Origin: Candidatus Limnocylindria bacterium
GTDB taxonomy: Bacteria > Chloroflexota > Dormibacteria > Dormibacterales > Dormibacteraceae
NCBI GenBank assembly: GCA_035535675.1
Contig: DATLPO010000117.1
Span: 42,552 to 106,551, forward strand
Reading direction: 5' to 3'
DNA: 64,000 nucleotides
The translations under genes were made by a program, and so were the position numbers. The notes beneath the pieces are model-generated. The model made no database searches. It was not told the origin of the DNA and worked only from the letters and a program-made list of their open reading frames with translations. Every line of letters begins with the position of its first letter. The first letter of the stretch is position 1. Below are positions 27,059 through 35,369 of this stretch, piece by piece.

Positions 27059-27822
27059 TGCACTCTCCTTCCAGGTCCCCGCCTATGCACCGTGAAATCG
27101 AATGCGTCGGCGAGGTGATATTCATGCGAGGACACGATCGCAACGCCCTCCTCGTCGTAGTCCACCTGCCAGATGGCCAGGAGGAGCTCACCGCGAGGTA
27201 TGTCCAGCTGACGAGCGACGGTGACGTCGGCCCGGACTGGTCGAAAGGTGGCGACCCCGTGGTGGATGGCAATGCCCAGATCCCGCTCCAGCACGTCATA
27301 CATGGATCGCTGCAGCATCAGATCCGCCAGCTCGGCTCGGTCAGCGAGGAAGCGGGCGGGGAGGATGTCGCGAGACAGCACGACTGGTTTGCGGTCGGCG
27401 GTGCGGACCCGCTCGACCACGAGCACGTCCTGGCCTGGTTCCAGGTTGAGCTGGCCGGCCTCGGCTGCTGAGGCGGGCTCGAACCAGTAGCGCCCCTGCT
27501 CCGTTCCCGCCTCCATTCCGGCTGCCCGGATTGCGTCGGTCACCCCGAAGTTCATGTCGAGGCTGTTGGCCACCCGATGGCCTTGTGCGACGTAGGTGCC
27601 GGAGCCCCACATCCGGCGCACCAGGCCTTCACCCTCCAGGGTCCGAAGCGCCTCGCGGAGTGTGGCGCGGGACACCCCGAGCTCGGTGGCAAGGGCAGGT
27701 TCGGAAGGTAGCCGCGTGCCTGCGGTCAACAGCCCCCTGTCGATCCTATCGGTGAGCTCGTCTCGCACCGACACGCTGCGGGGCCGGGCACGGGTCTTCG
27801 TCAATCGGCCGTGGCCAGTCAT
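27055..27822 (-). CDS. GntR-family (HutC subfamily, UTRA effector domain) transcriptional regulator
   Basis: LPSEPALATELGVSRATLREALRTLEGEGLV is a GntR winged HTH. The C-terminal domain is UTRA-like. It is the first gene of the minus-strand operon. Confidence 0.85.
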   Translation of the reverse strand: MTGHGRLTKTRARPRSVSVRDELTDRIDRGLLTAGTRLPSEPALATELGVSRATLREALRTLEGEGLVRRMWGSGTYVAQGHRVANSLDMNFGVTDAIRAAGMEAGTEQGRYWFEPASAAEAGQLNLEPGQDVLVVERVRTADRKPVVLSRDILPARFLADRAELADLMLQRSMYDVLERDLGIAIHHGVATFRPVRADVTVARQLDIPRGELLLAIWQVDYDEEGVAIVSSHEYHLADAFDFTVHRRGPGRRVQ

Positions 27823-27838
27823 TGCGTTAGTAGTATTT

Positions 27839-27852
27839 GTCAGACAACTTTC
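27839..27852. promoter_or_regulatory. 14-mer GTCAGACAACTTTC, copy 1 (candidate GntR operator; contains GTC-A-GAC)
   Basis: It is an exact copy of the 14-mer at 27984-27997 and lies 17 nt upstream of the gntR start. Confidence 0.4.
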
Positions 27853-27889
27853 CTCGTCAAGCCGATTTTTTGAGTCTCGCGCCGGTATT

Positions 27890-27897
27890 GGTATACC
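27890..27897. promoter_or_regulatory. Perfect palindrome GGTATACC in the divergent promoter region
   Basis: It fits the GT-N-TA-N-AC style of HutC/GntR operators and lies between the two 14-mers. Confidence 0.35.
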
Positions 27898-27983
27898 GCT
27901 CGGCAGAAACGCGATTTCACGGGCGATTTGCCCACCTTGACTTGCCCCGAACGCTCGCTTAGCATACCGGCAAGCGACCGGCG

Positions 27984-27997
27984 GTCAGACAACTTTC
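27984..27997. promoter_or_regulatory. 14-mer GTCAGACAACTTTC, copy 2
   Basis: It is an exact direct repeat of 27839-27852 and lies 47 nt upstream of the permease start. Confidence 0.4.
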
Positions 27998-28043
27998 GGA
28001 CCACTGGGGACGCCATCGGCAACTCGGAAAGGGGGAAATTGCC

Positions 28044-29597
28044 TTGGCTCAGGATCGACGTAAGGTCGGGTCGGTTGCTTACCAGGAAGCTGGGGTTGGA
28101 TATTTCGCCAAGCGAAGCCTGAAGCGGCACGCCGCCTTCTGGTCGCTCTGGTCGCTGGGCGTCGCCGCCGTCATCTCAGGCGACTTCTACGGCTGGAACC
28201 TCGGCCTGAGCGTCGGCGGCTTCGGCGGGCTCTTGATAGCGAACGTCGTCATCGTGATCATGTATTACGGCCTGTGCTTCAGCATCGCCGAGATGTCTCC
28301 GGCGCTGCCGCACACGGGCGGCGCATATTCATTCGCTCGGTCAGCCATGGGCCCGTGGGGCGGGTTCGTCACAGGCCTGGCCGAGAACATGGAGTACGTC
28401 ATCACCCCTGCGGTGGTGGTTGGCGCCATGGGCCTGTTGATGCAGGCAGTCGTGAAGGAGCTTTTCAACGTGGCGGGCGACCCGTTTTGGAACAGTCCTG
28501 TCACCTGGTTCATCGTCTTCTACATCATCTTCGTGGCCATCAACGTGCGCGGCATCGTGGCCACGATGCGTTTCACGGTCGTCATCAACATCCTCGCGCT
28601 CGGCATTCTTGCCTTCTTCTTCATCTCCGTCCTGGTGTCTGGGAAGTTCAACCCCAGCCTGCTGGTCAACATCGAGCCGACCAGCGGCAATACAAGCTTC
28701 CTGCCGTTCGGCATCGCGGGCATCTTCCCCGCGATCCCATTTGCCATCTGGTTCTACCTCGCGATCGAGGAGCTGCCGCTGGCGGCCGAGGAGTCACACG
28801 ACCCCAAACGTGACATTCCTCGGGCGACACTGTGGGGCCTCACAACTTTGGTTATCACTGGAATCGGCACGTTCCTGCTCAACGGTGGAGTCGATGGTGG
28901 GGCGAAGGTCATCGGGCTTTCGGCAACGCCGCTCTTCGACGGCTTCAAGGCGGTCTTCGGCGACAACACAGGAGCCGCCATCCTCGCTCTGATCGGCCTG
29001 ATCGGGCTGATCGCCAGCTTCTTCACCATCATCTACGCGTACGGCCGCAACACCTACTCGCTTTCTCGCGCGGGCTACTTCCCGCACTTCCTCTCTCTGA
29101 CCCACCCCACCCTCAAGACCCCACACATCGCGCTGATCGCGGGCGGCGTCGTCGGTCTCGCGCTCGCGATCCTGGTCTACGAGCTGGGCCTGGCGGGCGG
29201 CCTGGTGGCAGGGCAGATCGTCGGCGCCCTCCTATACATGGCGGTGTTCGGGGCCGTTATCTCGTACGCGATGCAGTGCCTTTCCTTCATCCTCCTGCGC
29301 CGCAGGCTACCGAACATCACGCGGCCATATCGGAGCCCGGTCGGCCAGTTGGGCGCGGGCATCGCCGGCGTCATCGCCGTGGTCGCTCTGATATCGCTCT
29401 ACTTCAACGAGGCATACCGCCCAGGAGTGGTCGGCACGCTGGTCTACTTCGCAGTCGGCATCGTGTACTTCGCCGTTGTTGGCCGCCACCGACTGGTTCT
29501 GTCACCCGAAGAGGAGTTCGCGCTCACCCTTGGCGAGCACGGCCATCCGGAGACGGAGGGCTACGGCACCACGAGCGTGGCCGAGATCAAAGCCTGA
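28044..29597 (+). CDS. APC-superfamily amino-alcohol permease (ethanolamine permease Eat-like)
   Basis: It has 12-13 TM helices. The N-terminal LWSLGVAAVISGDFYGWNLGLSVGGFGG and MSPALPHTGGAYSFARSAMGPWGGF resemble ethanolamine permeases. The start is TTG. Confidence 0.7.
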   Translation: MAQDRRKVGSVAYQEAGVGYFAKRSLKRHAAFWSLWSLGVAAVISGDFYGWNLGLSVGGFGGLLIANVVIVIMYYGLCFSIAEMSPALPHTGGAYSFARSAMGPWGGFVTGLAENMEYVITPAVVVGAMGLLMQAVVKELFNVAGDPFWNSPVTWFIVFYIIFVAINVRGIVATMRFTVVINILALGILAFFFISVLVSGKFNPSLLVNIEPTSGNTSFLPFGIAGIFPAIPFAIWFYLAIEELPLAAEESHDPKRDIPRATLWGLTTLVITGIGTFLLNGGVDGGAKVIGLSATPLFDGFKAVFGDNTGAAILALIGLIGLIASFFTIIYAYGRNTYSLSRAGYFPHFLSLTHPTLKTPHIALIAGGVVGLALAILVYELGLAGGLVAGQIVGALLYMAVFGAVISYAMQCLSFILLRRRLPNITRPYRSPVGQLGAGIAGVIAVVALISLYFNEAYRPGVVGTLVYFAVGIVYFAVVGRHRLVLSPEEEFALTLGEHGHPETEGYGTTSVAEIKA

Positions 29598-29644
29598 CGA
29601 GGCGAGCAACTGCTGGTTCGGTCCATCATGGTCAAGAAGCCGTG

Positions 29645-30331
29645 ATGGACCGGAGCCGGCCGAGGATTGGCGTAACGACAAGCCCCAAGCGGGAGAAGGA
29701 TTACTACCTGACGTACGGCCGCGCTGTGGAGGCGGCCGGCGCCGAGCCGGTCTATCTCCCGCCAGGGACCTCGTCCATGGCCGACCTCGACGGGCTGCTC
29801 CTTCCCGGTGGTTGGGATGTCGACCCGGCTCTTTACGGCGAAAAGCCCGACTCGAAGGTTGGAGACATCGACCCAGAGCTCGATGAGACCGAGATCAGGC
29901 TCTTCAAGGATGCACGCAAGAAGCAGCTCCCGGTCCTGGGTATCTGCCGCGGCCAGCAGGTGATCAACGTGGCGATGGGCGGCACCCTTCTGCAGCACCT
30001 CGAAGGCCATGAGGTTCGCGCCTTCGGCAGAGGCCACCTTGCACACAAGGCGTCGGTCGACCCTTCCTCCGAGCTGGGCCGCGCTGTCCAGGGGCGTGAG
30101 ATCCAGGTCAACAGCCTTCACCACCAGGCGGTGCGAACTCTCGCGCCGGGTCTCAAGCAGACCGCGACCGGTGAGGACGGCACCGTCGAAGGCCTCGAAA
30201 CCGACGACGGCTTGATCGTCGCGGTGCAGTGTCACCCCGAGGAGCTCACAGTCGATCTTCCATGGGCATCGAAGCTGTTCGAGCGCTTCGTCGCCCGGGC
30301 TCGCGGCCGCAATCGCAACACCGGGGGGTGA
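29645..30331 (+). CDS. Gamma-glutamyl-amide hydrolase (peptidase C26 / PuuD-like class-I amidotransferase)
   Basis: Motifs are IGVTT..., LDGLLLPGGWDVDPALYG, LGICRGQQVINVA (Cys nucleophile) and VAVQCHPE. I chose ATG 29645; the longer ORF-track frame upstream overlaps the permease. Confidence 0.8.
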   Translation: MDRSRPRIGVTTSPKREKDYYLTYGRAVEAAGAEPVYLPPGTSSMADLDGLLLPGGWDVDPALYGEKPDSKVGDIDPELDETEIRLFKDARKKQLPVLGICRGQQVINVAMGGTLLQHLEGHEVRAFGRGHLAHKASVDPSSELGRAVQGREIQVNSLHHQAVRTLAPGLKQTATGEDGTVEGLETDDGLIVAVQCHPEELTVDLPWASKLFERFVARARGRNRNTGG

Positions 30332-30335
30332 GGAT

Positions 30336-31670
30336 TTGCTGACCAAAGAGCAGCTGGGCGCCGCGACCAAGAAAGGGGAGATCGACACGGTCGTCGTCGC
30401 CTTCACAGACATGCAGGGCAGGCTCATGGGCAAGCGCGTCGACGCCGAGTACTTCATGGAGTCGGCAGCGCACGGCGAGGCTGTCGAAGGCTGCAACTAC
30501 CTGCTGGCAGTCGACATGGACATGGACCCGGTCCCCGGCTACGCGATGGCGAACTGGGAGAGCGGCTACGGCGACTTCGACATGATTCCCGACTTCGACA
30601 CGCTGCGGCGGATCCCGTGGCTGGAGGGCACAGCGCTCGTCCTCAGCGACGTCGCATGGCACGACCGCAAGCCGGTGAAGCCTTCGCCGCGACAGGTGTT
30701 GAGAGCTCAGATCGAGCGCGCCAAGGCGATGGGCTTCGAGCCGATGTTCGGCACCGAGCTCGAGTTCTATCTGATGAAGGAGACGTTCGCGGAAGCGCAC
30801 ACGAAGAACTACTCCAACCTCACCCCATCGGTCCCGTACATCCTCGATTACCACGTGCTCGCGACGACCTACGACGAGCCGTTCATCCGCGCCGTCCGCA
30901 AGGGCATGAAGGAAGCGGGCATCAAGGTCGAGAGCTCCAAGGGCGAGGCATGGCCTGGCCAGCAGGAGATCAATTTCCATTTCGCGGACGCGCTGACGAT
31001 GGCCGACAACCACGTCATCTACAAGAACGGGATCAAGGAGATGGCTCAGCAGCACGGCTGCTCGGTGACTTTCATGGCGAAGCCCGACCACCGCTGGATC
31101 GGCAGCTCATGCCACGTCCACTCGAGCCTTTGGAAAGACGGCAAAAACACATTCGACGGCGAGTCGGACACTTTCAAGCGCTACCTGGCGGGACACATCG
31201 CTTGCGCTGACGAGATCGCGATCTTCCTGGCTCCCAACATCAACTCATACAAGCGCTACGCCGCGGCATCGTGGGCGCCCACCACGTTGGCTTGGGGCCA
31301 CGACAACAGGACCTGCGGCTTCCGCATCGTCGGCCACGGCCAGCACCTGCGTACGGAATCGCGCATACCCGGCGCGGACGTGAACCCATACCTGGCCATT
31401 GCCGCGCTGATCGCTGCGGGCCTGCATGGCATCGAGCAGAAGCTCGAGCTCGGGCCAGCGTTCAAGGGCAACGCCTACGAATCGGACGTCAAGCGATTCC
31501 CACACGCGCTCCGCGATGCGATCGCCGCGCTTGAGAAGGGCACGATGGTGCGCAAGGCTCTCGGCGACGACGTCGTCGACCACTACCTCAATTACGCGCG
31601 CACGGAGCAGGAGCAGTTCGACAGGGTCGTGACCGGTTACGAGCGCGAGAGGCTTTACGAGCGCGGGTGA
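30336..31670 (+). CDS. Glutamine-synthetase-like gamma-glutamyl-amine ligase (GlnA4/PuuA-like)
   Basis: Motifs are FTDMQGRLMGK, TELEFYL, GSSCHVHSSLW, NSYKRY and R.PGADVNPYLA. The start is TTG. Confidence 0.8.
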   Translation: MLTKEQLGAATKKGEIDTVVVAFTDMQGRLMGKRVDAEYFMESAAHGEAVEGCNYLLAVDMDMDPVPGYAMANWESGYGDFDMIPDFDTLRRIPWLEGTALVLSDVAWHDRKPVKPSPRQVLRAQIERAKAMGFEPMFGTELEFYLMKETFAEAHTKNYSNLTPSVPYILDYHVLATTYDEPFIRAVRKGMKEAGIKVESSKGEAWPGQQEINFHFADALTMADNHVIYKNGIKEMAQQHGCSVTFMAKPDHRWIGSSCHVHSSLWKDGKNTFDGESDTFKRYLAGHIACADEIAIFLAPNINSYKRYAAASWAPTTLAWGHDNRTCGFRIVGHGQHLRTESRIPGADVNPYLAIAALIAAGLHGIEQKLELGPAFKGNAYESDVKRFPHALRDAIAALEKGTMVRKALGDDVVDHYLNYARTEQEQFDRVVTGYERERLYERG

Positions 31671-33019
31671 CGCTCGAGGTCCTCAACCCCGCGACCGCGA
31701 AGCCCATCGCGCAGCTGGATAGGGCGGGAGTCGAAGAAACCGATCGCGCCGTGGCCGCTGCGCGTGCTGCTTACCCGGCCTGGCGTGCCGTCAAGCCTGC
31801 CGATCGTGCGCGCCTTCTGCGTCGCGTGGCGGCGCTGGTCGAAGAGCACATCGATGCCCTGGCTCGGCTGGAAACGTCAAACGTGGGCAAGCCGCTCGGC
31901 GATTCGCGATGGGAGATGGGGATGGTCGCCGACGTTTTCCACTTCTACGCAGGCGCGGTCGAGAAGCACTATGGCGAGACGATCCCCGTGGCCGGCGGCG
32001 TCGACTTCACGTTTCGTGAGCCGCTGGGCGTAGTCGGCTTGATCGTGCCCTGGAACTTCCCTTTGATGCTCGCCAGCTGGAAGCTCGGTCCGGCGCTCGC
32101 CTGCGGCAACACGGTAGTCCTCAAGCCGGCGGAGCTGACACCGCTCACCGCTCTTCGGTTCTCCGAGCTGGCGCTCGAGGCCGGAATTCCCGAAGGTGTG
32201 GTCAACGTGGTGGTGGGCCCGGGTTCGGTGGCGGGCGAGCGCCTGATTGCCCATCCTGACGTCGCCAAGATCGGGTTCACCGGCTCGACGGAGGTCGGCA
32301 GTCGAGTGATGGAAGGCGCCGCGAAGACCATCAAGAGGGTGACGCTCGAGCTGGGCGGCAAGTCGGCCAACGTGATCTTCGACGACGCTGACCTCGAGCG
32401 AGCCGCCGCGGCCGCGCCGGGTGCGGTGTTCGGAAATGCCGGGCAGGACTGCTGCGCGCGGTCGCGGATCCTGGTCCAGAAATCGGTCTACGACCGCTTC
32501 CTGAAACTCCTGGTCGACGCGACGTCGAAATTCAAGGTTGGCGATCCCGAGAAGGATGGCACCGATATGGGACCGCTGATCTCGGCCGACCACAGGCGGA
32601 AGGTCGCGGCGTTTGTCAACGGCACGCCACTCTTCAAAGGCAATGTTCCCGAGGGTGACGGTTTCTGGTTTCCCTGCACCCTCGTCGCGGCGACCAACCA
32701 GGACCCCGTCGCTCGCGAAGAGGTGTTTGGGCCGGTGGCCGCGGTCATCCCGTTCTCGGACGAGGAAGACGCGGTTCGCATTGCCAACGACACGCCTTAC
32801 GGTCTGTCGGGCTCGATCTGGACTCGCGATGGGGGGCGTGCGCTGCGCGTTGCGCGTGCCCTCGAGACCGGCGTGCTCTCGATCAACTCGAACAGCTCGG
32901 TTCGCGTGACCACACCGTTCGGCGGGTTCAAACAGTCAGGCTTCGGTCGCGAGCTCGGCATGCACGCAATGGACGGTTATTCAGAGGTGAAGAACGTGTA
33001 TTTCTCGACTGAAGCTTGA
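31667..33019 (+). CDS. NAD(P)-dependent aldehyde dehydrogenase
   Basis: Motifs are PWNFPL, FTGSTEVG, LELGGKSANVIF and GQDCCARSRILV (catalytic Cys). The GTG start overlaps the upstream stop. Confidence 0.85.
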   Translation: MTLEVLNPATAKPIAQLDRAGVEETDRAVAAARAAYPAWRAVKPADRARLLRRVAALVEEHIDALARLETSNVGKPLGDSRWEMGMVADVFHFYAGAVEKHYGETIPVAGGVDFTFREPLGVVGLIVPWNFPLMLASWKLGPALACGNTVVLKPAELTPLTALRFSELALEAGIPEGVVNVVVGPGSVAGERLIAHPDVAKIGFTGSTEVGSRVMEGAAKTIKRVTLELGGKSANVIFDDADLERAAAAAPGAVFGNAGQDCCARSRILVQKSVYDRFLKLLVDATSKFKVGDPEKDGTDMGPLISADHRRKVAAFVNGTPLFKGNVPEGDGFWFPCTLVAATNQDPVAREEVFGPVAAVIPFSDEEDAVRIANDTPYGLSGSIWTRDGGRALRVARALETGVLSINSNSSVRVTTPFGGFKQSGFGRELGMHAMDGYSEVKNVYFSTEA

Positions 33020-33789
33020 GCAGTGGAAGGCTTGACGGCAAGGTTGCCGTCATCACCGGCGCTGCGGGCGGGATTGGTCGCGAGGCGGCGATCCTGTTCT
33101 CGGGCGAGGGCGCGCGGGTTTGCGTCGCCGATGTTGGCGCCGACGCAGGCGAAAAGGCGGCAGCCGCATGCAGGGAAGCGTTCTTTTTCAAGGCAGACGT
33201 CAGCGACCCCAAGAGCGTTCAGGCGATGTATGCCGAGACCGCAAAGCGCTACGGGCGAATCGACATCCTCTACAACAATGCGGGCATCATGCCCGCGGAC
33301 GACGACTCCATCCTCACCACGGAACCAGACGCGTGGGACAGGGTCCAGGCGGTCAATGCGAAAGGCGTTTACCTCTGCTGCAAGTACGGGATTCCTCATC
33401 TGCTGAAGGCCGGCGGCGGCTCTGTCATCAATGTGGCTTCATTTGTCGCCCTGATGGGAGCCGCGACGTCTCAGATCGCGTACACGGCCTCGAAGGGCGC
33501 GGTCCTGTCGATGAGCCGTGAGCTCGCCGTGCAGTTCGCGCGCCAGGGGGTCAGGGTCAATGCGCTTTGCCCTGGGCCTGTCGAGACGCCGCTCCTCATG
33601 CGCCTCTTTTCCGAGACTCCTGGCGCGTATGAGCGGCGCCGCGTGCACCTTCCGATGGGGCGCCTAGCACAGGCGAAAGAGATCGCCAACGCAGCGCTGT
33701 TCCTGGCAAGCGACGAATCGAGCTACGTCAACGGCACCACCTTCCTCGTCGATGGCGGCCTCAGCGCCGCGTATGTGACGCCCGAGTAG
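33016..33789 (+). CDS. Short-chain dehydrogenase/reductase
   Basis: TGAAGGIG, NNAG and YTASKGAV are SDR signatures. The TTG start overlaps the upstream stop. Confidence 0.85.
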   Translation: MSSGRLDGKVAVITGAAGGIGREAAILFSGEGARVCVADVGADAGEKAAAACREAFFFKADVSDPKSVQAMYAETAKRYGRIDILYNNAGIMPADDDSILTTEPDAWDRVQAVNAKGVYLCCKYGIPHLLKAGGGSVINVASFVALMGAATSQIAYTASKGAVLSMSRELAVQFARQGVRVNALCPGPVETPLLMRLFSETPGAYERRRVHLPMGRLAQAKEIANAALFLASDESSYVNGTTFLVDGGLSAAYVTPE

Positions 33790-33850
33790 CTATTTCGTAA
33801 CCCGCGGCGGTATCGGGATGCGTCCCCGGAACTTATTCAGGAGCATCCAA

Positions 33851-34339
33851 ATGCAATCGAAATTCATAGCTACAGCGGCCACTGTTTTCATGGCCTTGAT
33901 CGTCGCCTGTGGAGACACTACCCCCACGGCTGCAACCGCAAGCCCATCGCCGGCATCCAGCCCTGAGGCGTCAGCGGAGACGATCAAAGTTGCGACCGAT
34001 GCGAAGCTGGGCACGATCCTGGTGGATGGCGAAGGGAAGACCGTCTACCTGTTCGTGAAAGACACCGGGACGGCTTCGACCTGCTACACGGACTGCGCCA
34101 AGTTCTGGCCGCCGGTCGTCACGAAAGGTGCCCCAATAGCGGGTGCCGGCGCGCAGGCGTCGCTGCTCGGGACGACTCAGCGAACGGACGGAACCACTGA
34201 GGTGACCTACGCAGGCCACCCTCTGTACTACTTCCTGAACGACAAAGCGGCAGGCGACACGAAAGGGCAGGGCGTCAACGGCTTCGGCGCTCTCTGGTGG
34301 GTCATGAACCCTTCGGGCGCAGCGGTCGAGAAGAAGTAG
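33851..34339 (+). CDS. Secreted lipoprotein with two Y-x-[FY]-x-x-D repeats (COG4315-type)
   Basis: The lipobox is ALIVAC. The repeat motifs are GKTVYLFVKD...C...CAKFWPP and GHPLYYFLND. AGGAG lies 8 nt upstream of ATG 33851. Confidence 0.7.
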   Translation: MQSKFIATAATVFMALIVACGDTTPTAATASPSPASSPEASAETIKVATDAKLGTILVDGEGKTVYLFVKDTGTASTCYTDCAKFWPPVVTKGAPIAGAGAQASLLGTTQRTDGTTEVTYAGHPLYYFLNDKAAGDTKGQGVNGFGALWWVMNPSGAAVEKK

Positions 34340-34346
34340 ATCAACC

Positions 34347-34387
34347 GAAGCCACCTGCAGGAGCCGTTAACTTCTGCAGGTGGCTTC
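34347..34387 (+). terminator. Perfect 14-bp stem hairpin (GAAGCCACCTGCAG / CTGCAGGTGGCTTC, 13-nt loop) followed by TTCT
   Basis: I read it directly from the sequence. It lies 8 nt after the lipoprotein stop. The 3' arm contains the only plausible azlC start (GTG 34380), and the 5' arm and loop contain AGGAG. Confidence 0.55.
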
Positions 34388-35060
34388 TTCTCGCGCCCGG
34401 GACCAGACCCGTAGGGGCGTAATTCGAAATGCCCTGGGCATTGGTGTCGCAAGCGGCGCCTACGCCCTGTCGTTCGGGGCGATCTCGGTCACCGCGGGCC
34501 TATCGCTGCCGCAGACATGCGCTCTCTCCCTACTCATGTTCACCGGCGCATCCCAGTTCGCTTTCGTCGGTGTCGTCGGCGCCGGTGGGAGCGCATGGGC
34601 GGGTGCTGCGACAGCAGTCCTGCTTGGCACTCGCAACGCTCTGTACGGCCTGCGACTCTCGTCTCTGTTGAACGTCAGGGGACTGCGCCGTGTCGCCGCG
34701 TCGCACTTCGTCATCGACGAGACCACAGCGATGGCGATCGCGCGCGACGATCCTGCTGCGAGCCGCTTCGCGTTCTGGGTCACCGGGCTGATCCTCTTGT
34801 CACTGTGGAATCTGGGCACCCTCATCGGCGCCCTGGCCACACAGGTGCTGCCGGACCCCAAGGCGCTCGGATTGGACGCCGCCCCGCCGGCGGCTTTCCT
34901 CGCTCTCATCGCACCGCGACTTCGTGGTCGCGAGCCGATCGCGATCGCACTGGGTGCGGCCATCGTCGCGCTGGCGTTTCTGCCGTTCGTACCTCCCGGC
35001 GTTCCTCTGCTTGTGGTCGCCCTGCTAGTCGGGGTTATCGGACTGAGGCCGGCACGATGA
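34380..35060 (+). CDS. azlC: AzlC-family branched-chain amino-acid exporter subunit
   Basis: GIGVASGAYALSFGAISVTAGLS..SLLMFTGASQFAFVGV is the AzlC signature. Confidence 0.8.
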   Translation: MASSRARDQTRRGVIRNALGIGVASGAYALSFGAISVTAGLSLPQTCALSLLMFTGASQFAFVGVVGAGGSAWAGAATAVLLGTRNALYGLRLSSLLNVRGLRRVAASHFVIDETTAMAIARDDPAASRFAFWVTGLILLSLWNLGTLIGALATQVLPDPKALGLDAAPPAAFLALIAPRLRGREPIAIALGAAIVALAFLPFVPPGVPLLVVALLVGVIGLRPAR

Positions 35061-35356
35061 TCTGGGCGCCGCTGCTCGTCGCCTCAGTCGCGTGTTATCT
35101 GATCAAGCTGTCCGGCCTCTCGCTGCCCCAGCGGTTCCTGGAGGATCCGCGCATTCAACGAACCGTTCCGCTGCTTCCTGTCGCGCTGCTGGCGGCCTTG
35201 ATCGCGATCAATAGCTTTTCAACAGGCAATCACCTGGTGCTTGACGCACGCGCCGCCGCCCTGGCCGTGGCCGGTATCGCCGTCCTTTTGCGTGCACCGT
35301 TCCTGGTCGTTGTGGCCGGCGGCGCAGCGACCGCCGCGCTGGTGCGACTTCTCTAA
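35057..35356 (+). CDS. azlD: AzlD-family small membrane protein
   Basis: It is a roughly 100-aa hydrophobic protein with an ATGA overlap to azlC. The segment is MIWAPLLVASVACYLIKLSGLSLPQRF. Confidence 0.75.
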   Translation: MIWAPLLVASVACYLIKLSGLSLPQRFLEDPRIQRTVPLLPVALLAALIAINSFSTGNHLVLDARAAALAVAGIAVLLRAPFLVVVAGGAATAALVRLL

Positions 35357-35369
35357 GGGAGGTTTAGCC

